Source: Candidatus Poribacteria bacterium
GTDB lineage: Bacteria > Poribacteria > WGA-4E > WGA-3G
Reading direction: 5' to 3'
Length of the DNA stretch: 64,000 nt
Assembly: GCA_965214095.1 (NCBI GenBank)
Contig: OZ243938.1
Location: forward strand, 1,344,001-1,408,000
How positions within the stretch are numbered: position 1 is the first letter of the stretch; each line of letters begins with the position of its first letter. The translations under genes and the position numbers were made by a program. Positions 40,336-51,159 of the stretch are shown in pieces. The notes under the pieces were generated by a model. That model searched no databases and had not been told where the DNA came from. It was given only the letters and a program-made list of their open reading frames with translations.

Positions 40336-41553
40336 TTACCCTTGACCTATTTGATGTCTTACATTCTCGTAGAGTAATATGCCAACTGCTACACCAACAT
40401 TAAGTGATGACTGTCCTATAGCCATTGGAATTTGCACTAATTCTGTGCATCGTTCTCGTGTTCCATCTGTCAAACCACTATTTTCATTACCAACAACAAT
40501 CGCAGTATGTGGTATAAATTCAACGTTGTAGATATCAGCATCTCCGGTTGCAGTTGCCCCGATAACTTGCCATCCAGCCTCTTTGAGATGTTCAATTGCC
40601 ATAATAGTATCTGAAGCGTGGAATATCGGTAAACGACCAACAGCACCCCGTGAAGCACGGATAGTATTTTTGTGTAGTGGACTCGCACCTTCCCCGCAAA
40701 GTAAGACCCCTGATATTCCAGCTGCATCAGCTGTGCGAAATATCATACCAAGATTATCGGGGTTACTAACATCTTCTGTAATAAGTAGATTGCAGTCTTT
40801 GCCATAATGAAAATTGAGTCCGCCAGATTCAGTCAAGAAATGCGGATAGTTGAAGTGAATTGACGCAATTATCGCAGGCACAGGTCTCGTTGTAGAGATA
40901 GAACCCATTAAACCATCATTGACAAGATAACATGAGATATTGTCCCGAATTGCTTTTTCTAAGAATCTCTTACCTTTACTATTAGACACATATTTTGTAG
41001 TATACAGAATCGCATCTATCGGTTGACCGTCGGCAAATGCACGTTCCACTAACAATTCACTTTCAGCAAGAAATAGAGAATGTTCAATTTTCCCTTTTAA
41101 TGAAGCTATTTTTCGGATATGTGTTGCAACATCATCTTTTCTTTTGGTGATGGTACGCTGTTCTGACTCTAAATGACTACCTTTTTTTACACCACGAAAA
41201 TATCGTTCGGATTCGATCTGGATAGATTCTCCTTCAAATAAATCGCGTATTCTCTTCTCAATCCATTTGTCCGTGATGTTGAACATTCCAACAGACTGTC
41301 TTGGATATGCAAGTAGTAGTTCTCTTAAACTTCGCTCATTGGTAGCAATCGGATATACCAAATAGTCGGCATTGAACGACTTATCTGGTTTAGAAAGCAT
41401 TACACCATCTAGTCTATGCCAACCTGCTTGATAAAACTTATACTCATGATGCAATTCTCCTGTGTTTGTATATGCCTGTTTGTATAACTCTATAACATCA
41501 GCAGAAGCATTTACACTTTCCAGGAATAAAATTAATTTCTCAAATTCAACCAC
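40336..41553 (-). CDS. TrmH/SpoU family RNA methyltransferase with N-terminal extension
   Basis: NPDNLGMIFRTADAAG, VVGNENSG, IPM..SSLNVGVA. Confidence 0.85.
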   Translation of the reverse strand: MVEFEKLILFLESVNASADVIELYKQAYTNTGELHHEYKFYQAGWHRLDGVMLSKPDKSFNADYLVYPIATNERSLRELLLAYPRQSVGMFNITDKWIEKRIRDLFEGESIQIESERYFRGVKKGSHLESEQRTITKRKDDVATHIRKIASLKGKIEHSLFLAESELLVERAFADGQPIDAILYTTKYVSNSKGKRFLEKAIRDNISCYLVNDGLMGSISTTRPVPAIIASIHFNYPHFLTESGGLNFHYGKDCNLLITEDVSNPDNLGMIFRTADAAGISGVLLCGEGASPLHKNTIRASRGAVGRLPIFHASDTIMAIEHLKEAGWQVIGATATGDADIYNVEFIPHTAIVVGNENSGLTDGTRERCTELVQIPMAIGQSSLNVGVAVGILLYENVRHQIGQG

Positions 41554-41589
41554 TTATCCATTAAGTCAGGCATTTATAATGAGCCGTTC

Positions 41590-42444
41590 TTACCTTTGAA
41601 AAATAGTTCCCAAGTATATTGCTGCTAAACCAACAAATATATCCCATTTCATCCAACGTTGTATGAAGGCACAACTTGATTTTGAAACATCCTTCCATAG
41701 TTGAAATCCTAAGTAAAGAAGCACAATATCTACACCAATAATAATAGTAATCAAATAGTGCCAACTATACCATCCGAATATATAAGGAACAGGACTGAAT
41801 AAAATAACTGACGACATAAAACCTATTGCTAATGTCACAGCATACCTTGGATTTTGAATAGCGAGTGTGTTTGCTTGATATTTAAGATCACCTTCAGTAT
41901 CCTCAAGGTCTTTTACAATTTCTCTTGCAGCTGTGAATAGGAATGCAAAAATGGCAGGAATAATGGTTCCTTGAATTGAACCAATTGCTACTCCACCAGA
42001 AATAAAAGTAATACCTGTCAATGTACTGACTGCTAAATTACCATAGATAGGAGTGCGCTTTAACCAGAAAGCATAGCAAACAAGCATGCCAGAAACAAGA
42101 ATGGCAATACACAGAGCATATATATTTATTATTGCCCCAAGTCCAATGGATATACCGATAAGAATAATTGAAAATGCCATTGCATTGCTGCGACCTATAC
42201 GTCCAGATGGAAGCGGACGATTCGGTTTATTAATACGGTCAATTTTATGATCACAATAGTCGTTTATTGCATTTCCGGCAGACAGCATCAAAAGTGCAGC
42301 GATGGATACAAGGATAAGATTCAGATCAGATATGATCAGAAATCTCCCGCCGGATGCAAACATACCACCTAACCATGCAGAGATGAATGCTATTATGCCA
42401 TTTAGTGGGCGCGCAAGTTGTACATAACCAATTAAAGATTTCAT
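41590..42444 (-). CDS. UbiA-family prenyltransferase, digeranylgeranylglyceryl-phosphate synthase-like
   Basis: ARPLN, GNAINDYCDHKIDRINKPNRPLPSG, REIVKDLEDTEGD. Confidence 0.75.
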   Translation of the reverse strand: MKSLIGYVQLARPLNGIIAFISAWLGGMFASGGRFLIISDLNLILVSIAALLMLSAGNAINDYCDHKIDRINKPNRPLPSGRIGRSNAMAFSIILIGISIGLGAIINIYALCIAILVSGMLVCYAFWLKRTPIYGNLAVSTLTGITFISGGVAIGSIQGTIIPAIFAFLFTAAREIVKDLEDTEGDLKYQANTLAIQNPRYAVTLAIGFMSSVILFSPVPYIFGWYSWHYLITIIIGVDIVLLYLGFQLWKDVSKSSCAFIQRWMKWDIFVGLAAIYLGTIFQR

Positions 42445-42531
42445 TCTTATTCCGTCTTTACGCTTTGAACATTGATTGATTTGAAAGGAAGTGTTTACAG
42501 GTAATAGGAAGGTGGTTCTTTCAGATGCGCT

Positions 42532-43590
42532 TTAAGATTCTTTTGTTAGATTATGCAGTTTTGTTTCCAGTTCATTGATACGATCCTGAAGTTCAGTAAA
42601 CGTTTGGAGTAAGTCTGGTATTTTCCTTGCGTAGGCTTGAAATCTTAGTTCCTGTTTATGTGGTCGGGCGGGTATACCAGAGAGTTGACTTCCTGCTGGC
42701 ATGTCCTTTGTAACTGCAGACTTGGAATAAATCACACTATTTTCGCCAAGTGTAAGGTGTCCAACCACACCAGATTGTCCAGCAATGTTCACGCGGTCAC
42801 CGATCATTGTACTGCCTGCAATGCCTGATTGTGCAGCAAGACAACAATCTTTTCCAATAACGACATTGTGTGCAATTTGAACGAGGTTGTCAAGTTTAGT
42901 GCCGCTCTTGATCAAAGTTTCAGATAATGTTGCTCTGTCAATCGTAGTATTTGCACCAATTTCAACATCATCCTCAATAACAACTGTACCAATTTGTGGT
43001 ATTTTATAGGGTCTATGGTTTGCAGGATCAGGTGTAAAGCCGAATCCATCACTTCCAATCACTGCCCCACAATGAATGATTACTCGATCACCAATAGTTA
43101 CATTTTCTCGTATACTTACATTTGAATAGATTAGACCGTCATCTCCGATTTTGGTTCCATCCCCAATGTATACAAGTGGCATTATTACGGTATCATCACC
43201 GATTTCAACATTATCTCTGATTACACTGTGTGCCTGAATTGTAACGCGTTCACCGATAGTCACGTTTTCGCCAATAATTGCTGTTTCATGAATTCCTGAT
43301 ATTGTTTGTTCACTAACGCCATTAGAGAATAATTCCAACGCTCTAACAAATCCCCAATATGGATTGTCAACACAGATTGTTGCTTTCCCATTGCCAGATA
43401 CACCCTTACCAATGATTATAGCAGAAGCTTGTGTTGTTGCTATAGCTGCGAGATATTTTGCATTTGCTACAAATGTAATCTGATTTGGTTCTGCTTCATT
43501 AATCCCAGATACACCCGTAATTTCAATGTTTCCATCACCGGAAAGTTCACCACCCAGATGCTCACAAATATCTTTGAGTTTTATACTCAT
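42532..43590 (-). CDS. lpxD: UDP-3-O-acylglucosamine N-acyltransferase
   Basis: Hexapeptide repeats; [35 protein letters not shown]. Confidence 0.95.
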   Translation of the reverse strand: MSIKLKDICEHLGGELSGDGNIEITGVSGINEAEPNQITFVANAKYLAAIATTQASAIIIGKGVSGNGKATICVDNPYWGFVRALELFSNGVSEQTISGIHETAIIGENVTIGERVTIQAHSVIRDNVEIGDDTVIMPLVYIGDGTKIGDDGLIYSNVSIRENVTIGDRVIIHCGAVIGSDGFGFTPDPANHRPYKIPQIGTVVIEDDVEIGANTTIDRATLSETLIKSGTKLDNLVQIAHNVVIGKDCCLAAQSGIAGSTMIGDRVNIAGQSGVVGHLTLGENSVIYSKSAVTKDMPAGSQLSGIPARPHKQELRFQAYARKIPDLLQTFTELQDRINELETKLHNLTKES

Positions 43591-43654
43591 GCATTACCTC
43601 ATTTATGCGAGTTCACGGGTTAGAATGAAACTACAGTTATTTTGTTCCATTATT

Positions 43655-44236
43655 CTATTGTTCGTTTTTCTTCGTACCATCTGTAGTGTCAACAGGAATT
43701 TTAGTATCGTTCTCGGTATCCATTTCTACACCAGCATTAATTAGACCAATGAGTTTGTCAGTCATATCATATTTTTCATTCATATAAAAGACTGCTTGCT
43801 TGTCAATAATAAGGTCGTAATTTTCTTCTTTGCCTACCTTAATAATCAGTTCTTCCAATTCTTTAAGTATAGGGGTCATCTCTTCTCTGTTCTTGGCTAA
43901 GAGTGCATCTCTGCCTTGATTAAACTCTTGTTGATATTGCACTTGTAATTGTTCTATTTCCCTGACTAAAGTAGCAGTCTGTGCTTCTTCAACAAACAAC
44001 TCTGTTTTCTCTTTTTTCTCCTGCAAAGTTGAAATGTTCTCGCCAATGCCTGCCAGTTTTTCTTGCCATCGTTTTTCGGCTGCTTTTAGCATTTTATCAA
44101 CTTCTACTGCTTTACTATAGTTCACCAAAACGCGCTGTGTGTCTACTACGCCAAACATAAATGACTCTTGTCCGAGACTGCCAGACAATAAACTAAATAA
44201 CATCAATGGAAACAAAACAAAAACAAACTTTTTCAT
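43655..44236 (-). CDS. skp: OmpH/Skp periplasmic chaperone
   Basis: Signal peptide, GVVD, coiled coil, YDLIID..YDMTD; lies between bamA and lpxD. Confidence 0.85.
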   Translation of the reverse strand: MKKFVFVLFPLMLFSLLSGSLGQESFMFGVVDTQRVLVNYSKAVEVDKMLKAAEKRWQEKLAGIGENISTLQEKKEKTELFVEEAQTATLVREIEQLQVQYQQEFNQGRDALLAKNREEMTPILKELEELIIKVGKEENYDLIIDKQAVFYMNEKYDMTDKLIGLINAGVEMDTENDTKIPVDTTDGTKKNEQ

Positions 44237-44317
44237 ATTTAATCCTTTTCAATAAAACTGTTTTCAATTATACAATTGCACATAAACATATTTGCTGAAA
44301 CAATCAACAAACATCAA

Positions 44318-46777
44318 CTAAAATCCTGGACCGATGGTAAAATAGAACCTTCCACTTGGATCTCTACTTTGTCGATCAAATGCATATCCCCATCCGAAAC
44401 GAGCCAACATGCCTAACATCTGTAAACGTGCTTCCACACCTGCACCCTTTTTTAGGTTTATCTGGTTAAATGGGTTTTTTATAGTTTCATCCCAGACTTG
44501 ACCTATATCAAAAAATACGGCGGTTGTGAGTTGTGGAGATACCGGGATTCTATACTCAAAATTAGTGAAAAATACTTTGTTACCTCCGAATGGATGCGGC
44601 ACCCCAGTACCATCAGCAGGATCGGGGTATATTTCCCAATCTTCGTAGCCACGTATTGTATCTACACCTCCAAGATAAAACCTTTCGTAGAACAACACTT
44701 CAACATCCGTACTTTTACTAAGCATATATCCAGCGCGTCCATGGATAGCAAAGACATGATTCCACCAAGGATTGAAAAACCAACTTGTATCTGCTGTCCA
44801 CTTTTGGAACTGATTATCTGCACCTAAAAATCCTCCTGAATATTCATAGGAGATACTATTTGAACTACCACCCATCGGATCGTAAAGAGATGTCCGATAA
44901 TCCCGTGTGTCGCGTCCTAAAGCAAGTAAAATACTCCTTGTTGATCTATCGAATAGGTCTTCTTCCTGTGTCCTGGCTTTTACAAGTTCGTTTCGAAATC
45001 TCACTGAGAGATCAATATCAAAGGCAATTGGTCGTCCAAGTGATATTGATCCCCCTCTTGTATCCCAAACGTATCTGTCCCTCAAATAATCTTGTTGCGT
45101 TAATGCCCCAACGGTACCATAGTATCGTCTAAACCGACGGTTGTTGTATATACGTGCGTTCAATCTTGTTGGAGTTCCCAATATCCATGGTGTAGCGAAG
45201 CTGGCTTCCGCTGTATGATGATCCCGTGTTCCAAGTTCTCCTTTCAGATGCACACGATATGCACGTCCAAATAGATTATGTTGTCCAACTTCTGCGGTGC
45301 CAAAAATACCACCTTCACTACCGTATCCACCACCGACACTCAGTGTGCCAGTTGTCGGAGATTCTGCAATATTGACAACTATATTCTTACGACTATCGTT
45401 TTCAGTATCACTTGGGACAAAATCAACAGCACGTATGAATGGTCCCATTTGGAACAGACGTTGACGTGCTTTACGCAGAACTTTGACATCAAGCAATTCA
45501 TCGGATTTTATATTCAACCAATCCAATTCACGGCGTATTATTTTTTCATCGGTCTTTGTCAGACCTCTGATAGGCACATCATCAATAATTATAACATCAC
45601 CTTGATTTATTTTCAAGTTGATGTTTACCAAGGCATTCTCTTCATCAAATGTAGGAATAGGATTCACGTTAGCAAGAAGGAAACCTTTGTCAAGGTACGC
45701 TTGTCGCAACTCGTTAATGGATTCCTCAAAAATGTCTCGGTTAAATATTTCTCCTTCAGCAGGATCTAACATCCTTTTGACTTTTTCTTCTGAGAATACA
45801 ACTTTTTCTCCAGTCTCAATTTCAACGTCATACGCGCCAACTACGAATTTTGAGCCTTCATCTACCTTAATCTCAAGCATTAACCCTGTTTTGTCTTCAG
45901 TAAAACTTTTCGTGTAACCATCAATCTTAACTTGTGCAAAACCGAGGTCTTCATAGTAATTCCTAAGATTGAGACTGATATCCTCTTCTTCAAACAACAA
46001 TTCATCAAAATGCTTCCCTACACGCGTCTTCATCTTTTTTCTAAGTTTATTTGCATTTACTTGATCGTTTCCAACAAAGTTTATTTCAGAAATTCTAACA
46101 CGTGGTCCCTCATTAATTTCAAAGGTTACCTGAGTGGTGTTTTCTTCTTTGTTGTTATCTAAATGCACCTGAATGCTTACAAGGTAAAACCCTTTTTCGT
46201 GGTAAACTTTCCTGATTCCACGTTCACTTTCCCACAGGAGACGTTCCCCGAATATTTCTGAACGTCGTAAAGTGACTTTGTCCATCAGTTTGCCAGTATC
46301 CAATTCTTCATTTCCAATAATAGTTATACCTTGTACCTTAGGACTTTCATCAAGTAAGTAGGTAACCTCATAACCACCTTCTTCAAGGCGTGACACATCT
46401 ACTTTAATGTCTGCAAAGAATCCTGTATCCTTATATAAGTTCTCAATATCTTTTGTTATAGTCTCAACAATATCAGACAATTCCATTCCGATGTGTGTTT
46501 GAATAAGTGTCAGCAACATCTCTTTACGGAGTGATTCAACCCCTTTGAAATCAATTGTTTTTATTTTAAATGTATCATCTAATGTATCATCTGCTGGTTC
46601 TTCGGTCGAATCATGATCTTGAATATCAGACGTTTGCGTTTCCTCCGCGGGTATAGGACCGAAAGGAGTATCTGCAGATTCACCTGCGAGTATGACTGTG
46701 TTGGGAAGGACAAATAGAATAGCCGTAATGATAATATAATAAAAGACTTTCTGGATGGAATCTTTGATGCATTTCAA
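44318..46777 (-). CDS. bamA: Outer membrane protein assembly factor BamA
   Basis: POTRA repeats, FYLGGVDTIRGY, C-terminal FTIGPGF. Confidence 0.93.
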   Translation of the reverse strand: MKCIKDSIQKVFYYIIITAILFVLPNTVILAGESADTPFGPIPAEETQTSDIQDHDSTEEPADDTLDDTFKIKTIDFKGVESLRKEMLLTLIQTHIGMELSDIVETITKDIENLYKDTGFFADIKVDVSRLEEGGYEVTYLLDESPKVQGITIIGNEELDTGKLMDKVTLRRSEIFGERLLWESERGIRKVYHEKGFYLVSIQVHLDNNKEENTTQVTFEINEGPRVRISEINFVGNDQVNANKLRKKMKTRVGKHFDELLFEEEDISLNLRNYYEDLGFAQVKIDGYTKSFTEDKTGLMLEIKVDEGSKFVVGAYDVEIETGEKVVFSEEKVKRMLDPAEGEIFNRDIFEESINELRQAYLDKGFLLANVNPIPTFDEENALVNINLKINQGDVIIIDDVPIRGLTKTDEKIIRRELDWLNIKSDELLDVKVLRKARQRLFQMGPFIRAVDFVPSDTENDSRKNIVVNIAESPTTGTLSVGGGYGSEGGIFGTAEVGQHNLFGRAYRVHLKGELGTRDHHTAEASFATPWILGTPTRLNARIYNNRRFRRYYGTVGALTQQDYLRDRYVWDTRGGSISLGRPIAFDIDLSVRFRNELVKARTQEEDLFDRSTRSILLALGRDTRDYRTSLYDPMGGSSNSISYEYSGGFLGADNQFQKWTADTSWFFNPWWNHVFAIHGRAGYMLSKSTDVEVLFYERFYLGGVDTIRGYEDWEIYPDPADGTGVPHPFGGNKVFFTNFEYRIPVSPQLTTAVFFDIGQVWDETIKNPFNQINLKKGAGVEARLQMLGMLARFGWGYAFDRQSRDPSGRFYFTIGPGF

Positions 46778-46840
46778 GGTAGTGTTCTCCTTAATAATTG
46801 TTTTTCTCAGTGTCTGTTTTCAAAACTGTATAAATATTAC

Positions 46841-47722
46841 TTAAACACCCTCACGGAATATTGGAGTTCCAAAATTGTTTGCAAAATGTCTGAATGCTGC
46901 GATTAATTTTTGTGTGACTATTCCCGGTTCTCCATTACCAATAATTCGTTGGTCAAGTTTGACAACTGGAATGACTTCAGCTGCCGTTCCAGTTAGGAAA
47001 CATTCATCAGCAATGTATATGTCATGACGAGTGAAAACGCGTTCTTCTACTTCAAATCCTGCCTCATGTGCAAGCGTTATGACGCAATTACGGGTTACAC
47101 CTTCCAGTATTCCGATATGTGATGGTGGCGTAATAATTGTTTCATTCTTTACCAGAAAGATATTATCGCCACTACATTCTACAACATATCCGTCATTATT
47201 CAACATCAGTGCTTCAACAACTCCTGATTGTTTTGCTTCAATTTTTGCGAGTATATTATTCAGGTAGTTTAGAGATTTTATTCTTGGATTGATGGCTTCA
47301 GGATAATTTCGTCTTACTGATACAGTAACAATTTCCAGTCCATCTTCATAATAATTCTGTGGGTATAAAGCAATCTTATCTGCAATAATTATGATAGATG
47401 GATTTCGACATTTGTCCGGATCAAGACCTAAATCACCAATTCCCCGTGTTACGATTAATCTAATGTACCCTTCTCGAAGTTCATTACGACGAAGTGTTTC
47501 AAGCACAGCCTGCCTTAACTCATCAATCTGAATCGGTATTTTTAACATGAGTGATTTGGCAGAATCATAAAGTCTTTCTAAGTGTTCGTCAAGTTTAAAG
47601 ACATATCCGTTATAGCATCGGATTCCTTCAAAAACGCCATCTCCATAGAGTAGACCGTGATCAAACACAGATATTTTTGCTTCTTCAGACGGTAGATATT
47701 TTCCGTCTAGATATATCAACAT
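46841..47722 (-). CDS. ilvE: Branched-chain amino acid aminotransferase
   Basis: DHGLLYGDGVFEGIR, KSLNYLNN, LEGVTR, FLTGTAAEV. Confidence 0.93.
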   Translation of the reverse strand: MLIYLDGKYLPSEEAKISVFDHGLLYGDGVFEGIRCYNGYVFKLDEHLERLYDSAKSLMLKIPIQIDELRQAVLETLRRNELREGYIRLIVTRGIGDLGLDPDKCRNPSIIIIADKIALYPQNYYEDGLEIVTVSVRRNYPEAINPRIKSLNYLNNILAKIEAKQSGVVEALMLNNDGYVVECSGDNIFLVKNETIITPPSHIGILEGVTRNCVITLAHEAGFEVEERVFTRHDIYIADECFLTGTAAEVIPVVKLDQRIIGNGEPGIVTQKLIAAFRHFANNFGTPIFREGV

Positions 47723-47760
47723 ATCAAACCCTTCCTATACCCAAAATATATTTCTTATTT

Positions 47761-48468
47761 TTACTCAGCTATTCTCCCATCTACGAGGTGTACTGTCCGT
47801 TTTGCCCGTTCAGATATACGTGAATCATGAGTTACAATGATAAATGTCTGGTTAAGTCGTTCATTTACTTCCAATAATAAATCAAGGACGGCATCACTTG
47901 TTTTGTCGTCTATGTTCCCAGTCGGTTCATCGGCAAGTACGACTTTTGGATTATTCATCAAAGCGCGTGCAATCGCAACACGTTGACGTTCGCCACCTGA
48001 AAGTTGACTCGGATAATGGTTAAGCCGTTCAGATAGACCAACGTTTTCAAGGAGATGTTCTGCATTCTGATATACTTCTTGAGTTGTTGAACTTTTTCCA
48101 TCCAAGGAACCTACATTTTTGGAATTTCTTATTAATCTACTCATTGCTACATTTTCTAATGCAGTAAATTCTGGCAGCATCTGATGAAACTGGAATACAA
48201 AACCGATTGCATCATTTCTGAATAGTGTTAGTTCATTTTCTGAAAATATAGTTATGTCCTGTTCATCATAAAAAATACTACCCTCTGTTGGTCTATCAAG
48301 TGTACCAATGATGTGCAACAGAGTACTCTTCCCAACACCAGATGCCCCCATTATAACCAGTATATCAGATTCATGTACATCAAGATTCACACCCTTGAGT
48401 ACTTTTAGTTCTGAATCACCATCATAAAAGGATTTGTGTAAATTGTCAATTCTAATTTGTTTGTCCAT
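47761..48468 (-). CDS. lolD: Lipoprotein-releasing ABC transporter ATP-binding protein
   Basis: GASGVGKST, GFVFQFH, LSGGERQR, ADEPTGN; next to lolC/E. Confidence 0.85.
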   Translation of the reverse strand: MDKQIRIDNLHKSFYDGDSELKVLKGVNLDVHESDILVIMGASGVGKSTLLHIIGTLDRPTEGSIFYDEQDITIFSENELTLFRNDAIGFVFQFHQMLPEFTALENVAMSRLIRNSKNVGSLDGKSSTTQEVYQNAEHLLENVGLSERLNHYPSQLSGGERQRVAIARALMNNPKVVLADEPTGNIDDKTSDAVLDLLLEVNERLNQTFIIVTHDSRISERAKRTVHLVDGRIAE

Positions 48469-48509
48469 AGATGTTTAAGTGAATTCCAAACTATAATTAT
48501 TACAAAAAA

Positions 48510-49985
48510 TTATTCGTACTGCAATGCTTCAATCGGTTTTAAGTTTGATGCCTGCCATGCCGGATAGATAGTTGCAAACCAGCAGATGACAAATGAAAGC
48601 AAGTTGATAAAACAGACAAAAAACCAATTGACTCGTATCGGTAGTTGATTCATCTGATATATTTCGCTAAAACCCAATTCCTTCAGCGAAATTGGCGTAA
48701 CAAAGCAAAATAGCGCAAAACATATCCCAAGTAACCATAATAGTACCATTCCGATTTTCCTTACTTTTGGAGATTGTAATTGTAACAATCTGCTGTAAAC
48801 AAGGACGATCTGTGCAATGATAAGTATGGCAATAGTTCCTAACGCAATCCAAAAAGACGGACGTACGATATTTGTACTCAATAACCAGCATAATCCAAGT
48901 CCTAATCCTGTGCCAGCAAACGTTCCTAACATTCCAATCACACTACCTTGAATCATGAATATTTTCATTATATTGCCTCTTGATGCCCCAAGAGTACGTA
49001 GGGTTCCAACGTCTCGTGTCTTCTCCATAACCGTCATTATCAATGTGCTTGCGATGTTAAAGGCTGCGACCAGAATAATCAGTGCTTCTATTATAACTGT
49101 AGCAATCTTCTCCATTTTCAATGCTGCGAACAGTGGTGCATGAGTATCTAACCAAGTGGTTGTATACGGAACTTCAAATGTGGTCGAAAACTGAGCGGCA
49201 TCTTCTATATTCTGACTCAGTGCAGGTGCCTTTTCTTCATCTTCTAACCGCACAAAAATGGCATTAACTTTACCTACATTTTCATATTTTTCCTGTGCAG
49301 TGTCTAAATCAATATATCCAATCCTGCTGTCATATATTGCAAGTTCAGACTCATATATACCGATGACAACAAAGTTCGCAAAGTCCACGAAAAGTGTTGG
49401 GGAACCGACACTCCCAGGGTTTTCTTCTAATTTCACTACGAGACGTAAGACATCGCCTACTGTTAAACCTAACTGACTCGCTAATCTGAAACCTAAGACA
49501 ATTCCTCCAGAAATTGTTTCACCTTCCGTAAGTTCTGCAAGTTCAATTAATGGTGAAGTTTGGAAATCTACTGAACCAGTTACATATTGTGAAAAACCTG
49601 TAACTTTGTCTTCTTGTTCAAGGTCGATCCCTTTGACAAGAATGGCATCTGTAATACTTTTTTGCCCTGTTTGAAACACTCCCATTTGTGAAAACACAAC
49701 TGGAGATGCTGCCTCTACCCCCTCGACCTGTGTAATTCGGTCAATTCTATTCTGATAATCACTAAAGAACCTATTGCCATCCAACCTTAGCACGACGTGC
49801 GCTTCATTTGCAAGGAACCGTTCTCTAAGTCCATGTTCAACACCATCAAGCACAGCAATTACTAAGATTACAGTTGCAACACCGAGACCAACACCAGCAA
49901 TTGAGATAACACTTATGATTGAGATAAAAGATTGTTTTCGTCGTGAAAGTAGGTACCTTGAGGCTACAAACCATTCAAATTTCAT
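48510..49985 (-). CDS. Lipoprotein-releasing ABC transporter permease LolC/E
   Basis: FVASRYL..SFISII, VAAFNIASTLIMTVMEK, YPAWQAS.LKPIEAL. Confidence 0.85.
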   Translation of the reverse strand: MKFEWFVASRYLLSRRKQSFISIISVISIAGVGLGVATVILVIAVLDGVEHGLRERFLANEAHVVLRLDGNRFFSDYQNRIDRITQVEGVEAASPVVFSQMGVFQTGQKSITDAILVKGIDLEQEDKVTGFSQYVTGSVDFQTSPLIELAELTEGETISGGIVLGFRLASQLGLTVGDVLRLVVKLEENPGSVGSPTLFVDFANFVVIGIYESELAIYDSRIGYIDLDTAQEKYENVGKVNAIFVRLEDEEKAPALSQNIEDAAQFSTTFEVPYTTTWLDTHAPLFAALKMEKIATVIIEALIILVAAFNIASTLIMTVMEKTRDVGTLRTLGASRGNIMKIFMIQGSVIGMLGTFAGTGLGLGLCWLLSTNIVRPSFWIALGTIAILIIAQIVLVYSRLLQLQSPKVRKIGMVLLWLLGICFALFCFVTPISLKELGFSEIYQMNQLPIRVNWFFVCFINLLSFVICWFATIYPAWQASNLKPIEALQYE

Positions 49986-50046
49986 GTATTTATTTTATTT
50001 TATTTACAGATTTAAAAGGCATCTGTAGCCTATTTTGTTATATTCT

Positions 50047-50607
50047 TTATTCAGTGAATGGGTTGTTATGAATGTTGTATTTTACCAAATCTTCAAGCAC
50101 ACCCCACCTTTCTACAGCTTTAGGAAAGCATTCTTCAAATTGCATTCCAACCTTCTCTAATACTCTACCGGAAGCAGGATTGCGCTTTAGATAGAAGGCG
50201 TGGATACTTCTTAATTTTAAAACGTCAAATGCATAAGAAAGGATTACTTGAGCTGCCTCTGTACAATAGCCACAGTTCCAATAAGGTTTGCCGATCCAAT
50301 ATCCAAGTTCACCTATTTTATCAATGTTGTCTATTTCTACGCTGATAGCTCCTATAAACTTTGTATTACTTGATACGTCTGTATCCTTAAGAGTAATTGC
50401 TAAATTGAGTCCGCTGCCATTTTCAAAAACTCCTACATGCCTATTGATCCATTCCTCTGCCATTCCGTCTTCATAAGGATGCGGTATAGCACAGGTTGTT
50501 GACGCAATGTCTTTATCACCAGCAAGTCTTTGAACATCTGCTGCATCGTCAAGTGTAAAGGGACGAAGTGTCAATCTTTCTGTATGGAGTGTTGGAATTG
50601 CCTTCAT
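50047..50607 (-). CDS. RimJ/RimL-family GNAT acetyltransferase
   Basis: LHTERLTLRPF, ELGYWIG..WNCGYCTEA, NPASGRVLEKVG. Confidence 0.88.
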   Translation of the reverse strand: MKAIPTLHTERLTLRPFTLDDAADVQRLAGDKDIASTTCAIPHPYEDGMAEEWINRHVGVFENGSGLNLAITLKDTDVSSNTKFIGAISVEIDNIDKIGELGYWIGKPYWNCGYCTEAAQVILSYAFDVLKLRSIHAFYLKRNPASGRVLEKVGMQFEECFPKAVERWGVLEDLVKYNIHNNPFTE

Positions 50608-51158
50608 ATTTCTTCATACTCATTCTTTGACAAAGTATATCCGACCAGATCTTCCACCTTCCCCCAATGTTCTGTATCATTAGGAAAGTAATCCCAATAA
50701 CGCATTCCTATTTTTTGTAGCACCCGTCCGGATGCGGGGTTTCGTTTGAAATGGTAAGCAAGAATTTGATCCAAATTGCATTCACGAAACCCATATCTGA
50801 TGACAACTTTAGCAGCTTCTGTACAGTATCCACAGTTCCAAAAACTTTCTCCAATCCAATACCCAAGTTCCGCATCATTGTATGGTAGGTGTCGACGTAT
50901 TTGCAACTCAACATTACCGATCAAAGTTCCATTGGATCTAAGTGTAACAGCAAAGTTGGGACCATTTTTTTCATTAAATTCTTTACCCCATCTCCTAATC
51001 TCTTCTACTGCCATTCCTTCAATATATGGATACTCAATACATTGTATTGTTGATGCAACATTAGGGTTCCACGCAAGTCTTTTCACATCAGATGCATCTT
51101 CAAGTTTAAATGAACGCAGGATTAACCTTTCTGTGTGTAAAGTAGGTGCAGTTTTCAC
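50604..51158 (-). CDS. RimJ/RimL-family GNAT acetyltransferase (tandem paralog)
   Basis: Same motifs; likely GTG start at 51158 right after the lysS stop. Confidence 0.85.
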   Translation of the reverse strand: MKTAPTLHTERLILRSFKLEDASDVKRLAWNPNVASTIQCIEYPYIEGMAVEEIRRWGKEFNEKNGPNFAVTLRSNGTLIGNVELQIRRHLPYNDAELGYWIGESFWNCGYCTEAAKVVIRYGFRECNLDQILAYHFKRNPASGRVLQKIGMRYWDYFPNDTEHWGKVEDLVGYTLSKNEYEEI

Positions 51159-51159
51159 T

